Assembly: GCA_949358305.1 (NCBI GenBank)
Contig: OX442314.1
Location: forward strand, 22,506,001 to 22,570,000
Reading direction: 5' to 3'
Source of the DNA: Strigamia acuminata
Taxonomy: Eukaryota
DNA length: 64,000 nt
Numbering within the stretch: the stretch's first letter is position 1; each line of letters starts with the position of its first letter. Under the pieces are notes generated by a model that saw only the letters and a list, made by a program, of their open reading frames with translations, did no database searches and was not told where the DNA came from. The position numbers and the translations under genes were made by a program. Positions 30,702 to 64,000 of this stretch are shown one piece after another.

Positions 30702-31870
30702 TACTTGTGTTCTAGTTACCCTGTCGGTATTCATTTAGCAAACATTTTTGGTATTGCAACTTTATTACATCGCTATTTTTAGAAGCTGTTTCTAAATATG
30801 CATGTATTAGCGAGGGTTTTTGGTATTAATAAGGTTCTCATGGCCAATTTGTTGAAATCTCTTCCTAGTCTACTTTTAGGAAATAAACTGACTTAAATTA
30901 AAGTCAATTGTCATTCAGAAGAGCTTAAGGAAAATATCAAAGGTAGAAAAGTGACCCAGCAGACCTTCTTTTGTCAAAGTACCTCTTCCCAGAAGGCGTA
31001 AAGGAAGTAATTGATAGTTAATTGGAACCTTTGGCTTTAAAAATGCACCATTGTTCTGTAATTAATTATTTGCAACAATTAATGCTTTAATCTTTACTGC
31101 TTTAACTTGAAATTTTTGAAAGTGGTATTAGTTTAATTTGTTTACTTAAGAAAAAGGCAATCGTTATTTGATGCTCTTTAAGAAAACAAGATTCTGCTGG
31201 GTAATTTGGTGCCTCATCTTATTTGTGCAAATGGCCCATTAACTCTATTGGTTTAACCTGGCTAATTTTAAATCATTGCTAAACTAAACTCATTTCATCT
31301 AAGATCGAGTCAATATAGATAAACTGACTTATTGGATTTAGACATTTTCCTAATCAATTCGCAATCACTGCAACATGATTAACGAAACCTGAAGAATTAG
31401 CTTAAGCCTTTTGTAAAGCAATCTGTCTGTCTTTTTGTGTCACAAGACCCCGAATATTTGTATCCTTGACAGTAGTTCAGGTTGGTGCAGTTAAACCTGA
31501 TTGCTTTGCATTGAAAAAAAAGGCGTTTTAAGGTGGAAAAGGTCAAGCCCCCGACATTTTCTGCAGCGTTGTAAAATTGCAGTTTGCTTTTGGAACTGAC
31601 GAAGAAGGTGCAAACTTTAAATAACAAATTCTCAGAATTCCTGCTTTGGAATATCGAGACAACATGATTAAATTCACTTAGAAAAGCAGCACTTTGCATC
31701 ACCAGCGATTTGCCTAAACCTTAACCCGGCCCATCGATGAAAACCATTGCAGAAAAGAAAACATGTCAGCTAAAATTAGGAGACCCCCAAAGTCTAAGAG
31801 GTTCTCAAGCTAAAAACAAAAACTAGAGCTGATAATTAGCGAAAGGTTTAACTTTTCTTCCTTCCTTCCT

Positions 31871-32054
31871 ACACTTGCAGATACGCTGCGGAATTGTTGC
31901 ATCCGGAGTTTGCTACAATGAGCTGTGATTGGCAGCGGGAAAAAATCGAAAATATAAATATTTCCTATTTTTCCGCGCAATTTTTTTACGCCGCCAATCA
32001 CAGCAAACCCCGGATGCAACAATTCCGTAGCGTATCCGCAAGTGTGAACCAGGC
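31871..32054. mobile_element. Palindromic MITE, possibly PIF/Harbinger-type, left end clipped
   Basis: ACACTTGCAGATACGCTGCGGAATTGTTGCATCCGG is inverted with CCGGATGCAACAATTCCGTAGCGTATCCGCAAGTGT. The right end continues GAACCAGGC, followed by TTTAA. Confidence 0.75.
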
Positions 32055-32773
32055 TTTAACGGGTGAAAAATTACACTTTGATAGGTGTGAAACGCTTGTC
32101 CCTATTTTGACTCCTTTTTGGTGTTAACTTACACCATTGTGGTGTATAAACATTACATCTTTATTTATATACACCTTGTAGGTGTCACAATACACCCTTG
32201 TATGCAAATTCACTCCTTGATGCATTTTCAAAAAGGAATATTTCTCCCTGTTAGTGTAGATTTATTTCTGATTCCCTAGTTTATTTTGGCGCATAATAAA
32301 TGTGAGCACAAAGTATCCTTTGCATTATTTATTTAAAATTACTTTGCATGTGTAAGTTTTAGTGTGAATAGTCCAAAGGCAATCAAATTTCGAATGTGTA
32401 TACAGCTTGGTGACTTGAATTGAACGTATTAAGGACATCTTCTGGATGTCCTGTGCTTTGTAGGAAAATAGGTTAAGTGGACAACATTCCTTACACCTTT
32501 TTAAGTAACTCATTTATCCCAAAAGGTTGTAATTCTGCCATTTTACAGTACGCCATTTTTACTCCATTTGAGTCCGCACCTCCCAATTGTCACCATTTTA
32601 GGTGCCAAAAATTTTAAAAAGGTCTACATCATGTTTTTACACCTTTTTACACGTCTTATCTCTAGCAATTTGCTGATAAACTTGTCGGCAAGAGCCCAGT
32701 TTGGTCATTTGGGGACTAAAACTATTGCCCACTACTTTACACTTTACGCAAACCCCAAAAACCACACACTTAC

Positions 32774-33061
32774 ATCGAGTTAACGCCACTACCTCACTTG
32801 GCTGACCACTGCCAAACTTGTTGACTGCCAACACTCGGAATTCATAGGACGTTTCTTCTCGCAAGTTTGCAATTGTGGCATAAGTCTTCATTGGGGGCAC
32901 TTCGAGAGCTTTCTTCCATATCAGCAACTCCATATCCCGCATCTCAACTATGTATTTGTCCAAGACATCACTTCCTTTATGCTCAGGAGGCGTCCATCGT
33001 AGTTCCACACTATCCGAAGCCGATTCCACAATAGATGGGCATCCAGTTGGACTGGGGACAC
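32774..33061 (-). CDS. Fibronectin type III exon (titin/twitchin/projectin-type), symmetric phase 1-1
   Basis: 288 nt between a GCAG acceptor and a GTAAGT donor. Encodes VPSPTGCPSIVESASDSVELRWTPPEHKGSDVLDKYIVEMRD..WKK..ATIANLREETSYEFRVLAVNKFGSGQPSE with no lesion. Confidence 0.88.
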
Positions 33062-33342
33062 CTGCTATACGTCCATCATCAAATGGAGTTAACGGAACAA
33101 AGGTTGGCCTTTGTCACAAATGGGTTTTTGTGTTGAGTGGGACAAACAAAGCCCTGTTCAACTGTCACAAGGTGTGAATGTAAACTGTTGGAGGAGGATT
33201 TTCAAGGAGGACACACTAACACTTTAAACATTGCATCAAGTGATGGATTGACTGGAGTTATTGACCAACAGATAAAAGACAAGACGCGCACACTCGAGGG
33301 GTTTAAACGACTAAAACAGGATGGATTACATGGTCTACTTAC

Positions 33343-33447
33343 AATGTCCTTCGTGCAAACCTGCGCTCATATCCTTAGGTCCGTCCACAGGACCGGGTGG
33401 AAATGATTCGTCAAGTGGCCGGAATGTTCCAGGCCCTACAGCGTCAG
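33343..33447 (-). CDS. Putative internal exon, phase 1-1, Pro/Gly-rich
   Basis: Long polypyrimidine tract plus CCAG acceptor and GTAAGT donor. 105 nt open frame xDAVGPGTFRPLDESFPPGPVDGPKDMSAGLHEGH. Confidence 0.65.
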
Positions 33448-34592
33448 CTGGAAAAGAAAAAGAGAAAGGAAAAAAATAGAAAAAAAATGTTTAATGTGGT
33501 CATACAATGTAAATAGGTTAAAGTGGCACTAAATATAGGAGTTATGACCGCCTTTCTTGCGATTGAAATGTTTGAAAATGTACGGAAATAAAATGGAATA
33601 AAATTGTGACGGTGAATTTTGGTAGTGCGTGTGTAAATCAATCACGTTTTCAGTTGCAGGGATTGAAAATTGAGTGAAAATTATCGTAAATTATGCAATT
33701 GAAAAGCATTTACCTGTTGAAATCGACCAAGGATGAAAGTGGTAATTAAATAGACGAGGTTTTGAGCGATTCTTGATTGCGTTAAGCCGTTAAGCCGTTG
33801 AGAATGTTTAGAAAGTAGAAGAAAACGCATATGTAACGTGTGGAAACACAAGAAGGAAGAAACACGTCCGAAGGAATTGTGTTTGCAATGCACATGCGTG
33901 TTAAAAAGGGGTTATTAGGAAATTGTGTTAGGATGTGCAGTCGGCCAGAGATGAAGAAGATTGCTCGAGATTGACGCTGAAATGTGAATTCGGAAAAGGA
34001 CCTTGCAACCCTTCGGTTGGGGTGTGGTTTGTTGTCGCGTTTGTATTCTTTTTTAAGAGCGCATAAATTATTTTGGTCGTGCATCAATTTGGGTCCTCGG
34101 AAGAATTTAGGAGACAAAAAAAAAAATTCAGACAAAACAAATTCCTACTGGATAAATAATTGTTGAGTAATTTTATTTATTTTCGATGGTGTTTTGTGAT
34201 TGGTCGTGTATTTGACCACTGGTCAATAAATTCGGGTATTTGACCATTGGTCAGCCGGGAAAAGTTTAAAAATGGAAAAATCCCACCATCCATTAGCTAA
34301 TTGGTTTATTTTTACCTCAAATTAATCAGATAAAAGCGAAAACAATGGACTTTTAATATTTACGACTCGATCTCGAATAAAGTCGATGTGGAAAATAATG
34401 GGAAAAAATAGATTACGTTACGTAACGAGTTGGCAAAACCCGACGCCAGGTCGCAGCACGTGCCTGAGACCGAATTGCGTCAGAGCAGAAGTGCCCAGCT
34501 GGGTATAAGATATGATCGATCAAAGAAATGACCCAAGGTCAAAGCACACTTTAAAAAAACAAAAATATAAATCCGTTTGAAATCGATCTTAC

Positions 34593-34704
34593 CGTGAGAA
34601 TCGGCAACACAAAGCAACTTCAAACAACAACACGGAAAATAATCCGAAACAGTTTCAACACACCCTCGTCTAATGACCTTTCCGTCTGAACCGAATTCGT
34701 CCAT
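34593..34704 (-). CDS. Putative alternative first exon with a Cys cluster
   Basis: MDEFGSDGKVIRRGCVETVSDYFPCCCLKLLCVADSH, then a phase-1 donor G|GTAAGA. Confidence 0.5.
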
Positions 34705-34919
34705 TTGAAGGGACAGGTGATAATTGCACCGTAACAAATAAAGATTAAACTCAAATATATATTATCGTTAAATACCACCCAATGTGGATTCAAGATAAGA
34801 TAAACACACCCAAAAAAATATTTTGTTTTAAAAAAAAAATAGAAAAATGAAAAATGAAAAAACGAAACGAAAATTTCATAAAACGGATGAAAAATTTCGC
34901 AAAACGGAATTTTATTTAC

Positions 34920-34965
34920 CTGTGGGTAAACTTTTCTTCTTTTTCCCGCCAAAAAACCACGACAT
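34920..34965 (-). CDS. Putative distal first exon, aromatic/polybasic
   Basis: GCC-ATG, MSWFFGGKKKKSLPT, phase-1 donor CAG|GTAAAT. Lies in a CpG-richer region divergent from ALG2. Confidence 0.55.
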
Positions 34966-36074
34966 GGCGATCAAAGTAGGGCGTAATTTTTTGATGAGCA
35001 CCAGATGGTTGGTGCCTGGACCCCGAGTTATTTCGTTGAGACACAAAAACGAGACGCCACTTATCACCCGGACCGATTTAGAAACGCGGTTCCTCCTACT
35101 CCCGAGCGTCCCCTTTTGGTAAAAACCTCAAATGTTGGTGTAAATTGCTCGTCAGGAGAGTTGCACGTTGTTGGCCATTATGTTTGTCACCGGCCTCGAC
35201 TCCGCCCTGCGAAGAAAGTCGTCGAGATTGATAAGATTAGATGGGCAAGAAAATAACAAATCGGTTATGCATGATCGGTCAAGCAAATAGCAGACGACCT
35301 CTGTCCAATATGAGATGTTGATCGGATTACTCCAACGAGGGCGCTTTTTGTCAATTTCTTTAAATAGCTTGTTTGCTTCTTTCTTTCCTTCAAAAAGATT
35401 CGTTTTGGTTTGTGGATTTATTTGTTTATTTTTTATTTTTAAATAATTTATTGCACCGCCATTTTGAATTGGAGCGGTGACAATTTATTTATATAGAATT
35501 AAAAATTAATATATTTGGATTTTTTTTTTTTGTTATTTAATTTCGGGGAGTGGATTAAAAGATGCAATTTTCTGCGGTTTTTCTTCAGTTATGGCGTTGT
35601 ATTTTAGGTTAAAGGTTCGATACACCTGTGTTTGTGACAAGGTGTTTGAATATTTTACTTATTCATAACATACGGGATGCGGCATTTATGTTTATTGTGC
35701 AATTCATCATAATCACAAGAACAGAAATGACATATTTGACAGTTTAATTGTGATGTTTCCGAGAATCTCTCGATAAAGAAAAAATAAAAATGATGTAATG
35801 TTCTTTCTAAGCGATAAAACAAAAAATCCAGTTGTTATCTACAATACTCCGTAGAACATCCGCATTATAGTTTTCCGTTAGCTAAAGAACGATACCCATT
35901 CTTTAATCAACAATTTATCCATTCAAATTAATTCCAAATTGAAAAAAATTTCCACAATTTAGAATTAAATCAATTATTAAATCCATTAAATTAAAAAAAT
36001 ATAAACTAATTTATATCAAAAGTCTCCATCTAGACAAATTGACTCGGAACAAACACGTCACTTGTTGTCAAACG

Positions 36075-37542
36075 ATGGCGGCGAACGTGGTGTTTTTGCA
36101 TCCCGACCTTGGAATCGGAGGCGCGGAACGACTGATCGTCGATGCAGCGATGTCATTGAAAAACCGAGGACATTGCGTAACCATATTCACAGCCCACCAC
36201 GATCCAACCCATTGTTTCAAAGAGACTATCGACGGCAGTTTGAACGTGCAGTGTACCGGCGATTGGTTACCGCGTAGCATTTTCGGCTCATGCTATGCAT
36301 TGTGCGCGTACGTCCGCATGCTGTATTTGGCATTGTATGTCATGCTGATTAGCCGGTTAGCCATCGACCTCGTGATCGTGGACCAAGTCTCCGCTTGCAT
36401 TCCTATGTTGAAGATTTTCCGTGTTCGAGTTCTTTTTTATTGTCATTTTCCAGATTTGCTCTTAACGAATCGAATGACTATTTTGAAAGCGTTATACCGA
36501 GCTCCGATCGATTTAATCGAAGAAGTGACCACTGGCATGGCCGATAAAGTGGTTGTCAATAGTAAATTTACAGGTGTGTATGAAAGAATTGACAATATTT
36601 TTTTAAAAAATATATTTATTTATTTATTTGTTTGTTTGCTTGTCTTTCAGCGTCAGTTTTCAAGTCAACGTTCTTCCGCATTAAGACGCAACCTGAAGTT
36701 TTGTATCCATCGTTAGATTTTACCAAATTTGATCTACCAATCACAAGCTCGAGTAATCTTAAACTGCCCAATGCCCGGATTCTTTTTCTCTCGATTAACC
36801 GATACGAACGGAAGAAAAACATCGGATTAGCGCTGAGAGCAATGAGTAATCGTCGCGAATTATCGATAATTTGGAGAAATTGACGAAAATTCTTGTTTTT
36901 CAATAAATTCCGAGTGGTCAATCACTCTGGGAACTTATTAAAACAAGGATTTGAGCGATTAACTCATAATGAATCGCTCGGATGACGATTTTTTAACTTA
37001 AAGTTTGAATTATTTTAGGTATTCTTCGCGAGCGACTCGACGCGAATATGTGGTCCGGTGTTCATTTGGTGGTTGCTGGCGGTTACGATACGATTGTGTC
37101 GGAGAATGTGGCCTATTATCGCGAGCTTGAGATTTTAGCCGAATCCCTGCGCTTGGAATCGGATCATGTTAGCTTTCTGAGGTCGGTTGACGACGAAGAG
37201 AAGCGGTCTTTGATGCACAATTGCAGATGCTTGATTTACACTCCAGAAAATGAACATTTTGGTATAGTTCCGATCGAAGCGATGGCTATGGGTCGTCCAG
37301 TTATTGCGGTTAATAGTGGAGGACCGACGGAAACGATAGAAAATACCAAAACGGGATTTTTGTGCGATCCAAATCCCCACTCGTTTGCAGACGCGATGGA
37401 GACTTTAGCTCGAGACAAAGATTTGGCTTTAGAGTTAGGTCAAGTTGGCCAAAATGTTGTCAGGCAAAGGTTTGCGATGAAATTGTTTGATGAGAAATTG
37501 GAGGAAATTGTTTCATCATTGGTGACTAAGAAAAATAAATAA
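36075..37542 (+). CDS. ALG2: Alpha-1,3/1,6-mannosyltransferase ALG2, 3 exons (36075-36573, 36651-36845, 37019-37542)
   Basis: VVFLHPDLGIGGAERLIVDAA, FYCHFPDLLL, FLSINRYERKKNIGLAL, YTPENEHFGIVPIEAM..AVNSGGPTET; C-terminal ..TKKNK. Confidence 0.96.
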
Positions 37543-37925
37543 AAACAAACATATTTTTATATCTTATTTTTTTAATATTATTATAAAATATTTTGTATTA
37601 TCAATGTTGTGTTGAAATAAAAGAAATTTAAAGTATTTTCAATTAATTTGTTAATTTATTCGCCATTAGAACGATGAAAAGTTTAAATTTTTTGTTCGTA
37701 CGTTTTTGAATTGTTCTCGCCAGGTGTCGCTCACGTGATGTCCTTTGTAGATTTAAAACCGCGGTTAAACCTCCGTAATAAATACAATAAAAATATTTGC
37801 TAAATTTTAAAAATAAATAAACAAAAGAAGAAAAGTAATTTCAAAAGCGAATTTCGTATTAGATGTGCAAAATGCGCATGCTCGTTGTGGTTCTGACCAG
37901 GACCGGCTTCTTCCCCCACATGTAG

Positions 37926-46304
<8,379 letters not shown>

Positions 46305-47038
46305 TTGAGGTGGAGAAAGTTTATACCGAAGAAAGGAGCGCTGAACTTGAGAGTATAAGTCACGAAACGTTCGATTTGTTTTGCAGATCGAAGTTTCGTG
46401 TTTTTCAAAATATTGAAAGTCTAGTACCCACTAGACTGTATATAATTATTATTTTAAAATTTTTGTTTTTTATTACAAAGTGTAAGTGTGTCTAAATGTG
46501 CAGCGTACAAAAAAGAGGTCAAATAAAGAATGAAAATTTCTAAATGAAAGGGTTATTTTTACATTAAATCGACGGTGAAGATCACACATACACAGTGTCC
46601 GACAGTGAAGATCAGGGGCAGCTCGCTGTGGGTTTATGAGTGTATCTGATATTTCTGTTGTATTTGGGGCAATAAAATACGTTTTTATGTGATTTTAATT
46701 GAGGAAATGCTTTGTTTTGGTTAACAATCCCATCGGGCGTTGAAACAATGAGAAAAATGTTTAATTGTTTTAATAAGTTTAATAATAATTAAGAGCTGGA
46801 ATGTAATGGACTTCCGAAATATTACCCAGAATAAATGACACAAAGGAAACATTTAATTGGACGTTATGTCCTTAAGATTAAAAAGTGAGTCCGGATCTCT
46901 TCCTCGCTTCTAATTATACGTTGGAAGGACAAATGATAAAACTACGGCGTATTCATTTGTTTTGCGTTTTTGGTCTTATCAGGTAAACGATTATCATTAG
47001 GAGAGATTGCTCGCAGTTTTAGCTCAATAGCAGTTTAA

Positions 47039-53070
<6,032 letters not shown>

Positions 53071-53722
53071 ATAAATAAACAACTTTGATGTTATTTTTTC
53101 AGACGAAATAGTATAACTTATAAATGTATAATACTATGATTAGTCATAAAAATTCATACCAAACAACATAATTGGTTCTAAATTAATTATTGCTTCCTTT
53201 AGAAAGTTTGGATTTGTACGGGGGGTGTCGAAAAACACAGGCGCTGCAAAATGTGGGTGATTTTGATTCGTTCGTTAAGCACTTAAATTGTTTTTATTCA
53301 CAGATGACTGGATCGCCAGTCTCGATTGCACTGTTCGTGTATTTGGAACGTGTATTTTTTTACCATAGAAAATTAGCCTAATTAAATATTTAAAAAAATT
53401 GAATCAAATTAATTTATTTTTTGGACATGGGTTGAAAATAATGACTATGCAATTAAAGTCATTATTTTAATAATAGCACAAAATATGTTTTTGTTTTTTT
53501 AAATAATTGTAGATTCTGGCAGCTACCACTTTAAAGCTGCTTACCACTTTGACGTACAGTGAGATAAATAAAAGTGATTTTTATTAGATTTTGATCCACT
53601 GAAAATGAATGAACACGCTTCAAATTGATGAGTCGTCTAAAGTGCTACTTCAGCTTATAAAAGTTACTAAAATATAAAATTTGGAATGAAAAAAAACACC
53701 ATAAAAGTAACAAAAACAAGAT

Positions 53723-54048
53723 TAAATACAGTAGCTCATTTTCAGTTGTTACATTATTTTCTATTATAGTTTCGGAGATGAAAAAGTCAAAATAAATCAA
53801 TAAAAATTAATTACACAAATTTTTATCTGACAATTAGACATGCATTGCAAACTATACTAATAATGTTATTCATCTAACCATCTAATTATCTAAATACAGT
53901 AGCTCATTTTCAGTTGTTACATTATTTTCTATTATAGTTTCGGAAATGAAAAAGTCAAAAGAAATCAATAAAAATTAATTACACAAATTTTTATCTGACA
54001 ATTAGACATGCATTGCAAACTATACTAATAATGTTATTCATCTAACCA
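53723..54048. repeat. 158-bp direct duplication (period 168) upstream of MRP copy 2
   Basis: 53723-53880 and 53891-54048 differ at two positions that I can see. Confidence 0.93.
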
Positions 54049-54333
54049 GAAACTATTTTTAATGACAAACGTTCATTCTAAGTTTATTCTTTTGCAATTC
54101 CAATTAATAAATTGTGTGTTATGGATGTATCTAATTTTGACTCTCAATTAAATTCTTTTCCTAGAATTATTACAAAATTAATGGTTGATTTATTTAGACA
54201 ATTAAATATCCACAGAAGGGTACAATAGCTGCTTTTTTATGACGAGGTTCGTATTAGATTCGGTCTGTTGAACTATTATATCATCCGGTATTTGTTTAGG
54301 AAAATATTAAAGGCAGATTTTACTTTACTCGTC

Positions 54334-60382
<6,049 letters not shown>

Positions 60383-60919
60383 CAGCAATAGGAGCTGGGC
60401 AGGGCAGCTCTTCTTTTTGATTTAGTATTTTTAGGAGTAATTTTATTAGTTATTTACACAACCGTAGAAAACATTGCAAAGCTATTAATTAGGAATTTTT
60501 TGAATTTAATTTGTGGTGTTAAATTATTTGCGAGTTGTATCATTATTTGAATCTTTTTTCATATCGATACACAATTAAATATCACAAAAATAAAACTGTA
60601 GATAAATCAGATAAGAGTTCATTTGTACTGATTAGAAAAAAGTTTATTTATTTAATAAAAGATACAGTAATCACGACAGTCTCGGTCCGTGCTATTTTAT
60701 TTACAGTAATGTTATTTTTTTTAAATTATAAAAAAAAAGATGGTACTGTTTTCAGTTACACAGCTGCTACATGTTAATAATTATTTTAAAATTTGCATCT
60801 GTTTCGTCACTTGTATAAACATTTAAATCGCACACATTTCCAGGCTGATTTCTCTGCAATCTCAAACTGTTATCGAAACCGGTGGACTTTACTTGACCTT
60901 CCATCTCAACATTTCCAGC

Positions 60920-64000
<3,081 letters not shown>

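Noticed and set aside
33714..33893. Minus-strand ORF ending at CAG|GTAAAT as a coding first exon
   Set aside because: The ATG frame meets the donor in phase 0 while the downstream exons need phase 1; at most a 5'UTR exon.
37731..37739. E-box/CLEAR-like TCACGTGA upstream of NUP210 (similar motifs near 7411 and 25579)
   Set aside because: Short motifs expected by chance; no functional support from the sequence alone.

Overview
AT-rich, intron-dense animal genomic DNA, not prokaryotic (short ~55-90 nt GT-AG introns; gene content is compatible with a non-insect arthropod, which is an inference). Gene order: ODR-4 homolog (-); frameshifted effector-caspase 5' fragment (+); a cluster of MITEs and a Tc1-derived palindrome; a small multi-exon peptide-like gene (+); USP24-like deubiquitinase (+); PKA catalytic subunit (-); a TE-rich spacer holding several orphan phase-1 exons including one Fn3 exon (-); ALG2 (+); Nup210/gp210 (+); three tandem ABCC/MRP1-like transporters (+, the third runs off the window). 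The most interesting signal is the PKA-C locus. It has two alternative duplicated last exons, an acidic alternative first exon, and a distal set of same-strand phase-1 exons (polybasic, Cys-cluster and titin/twitchin-type Fn3) that could all splice in frame to PKA exon 2, predicting a combinatorial isoform system that may include an Fn3-kinase fusion. All gene models were assembled by eye and have no transcript support here.
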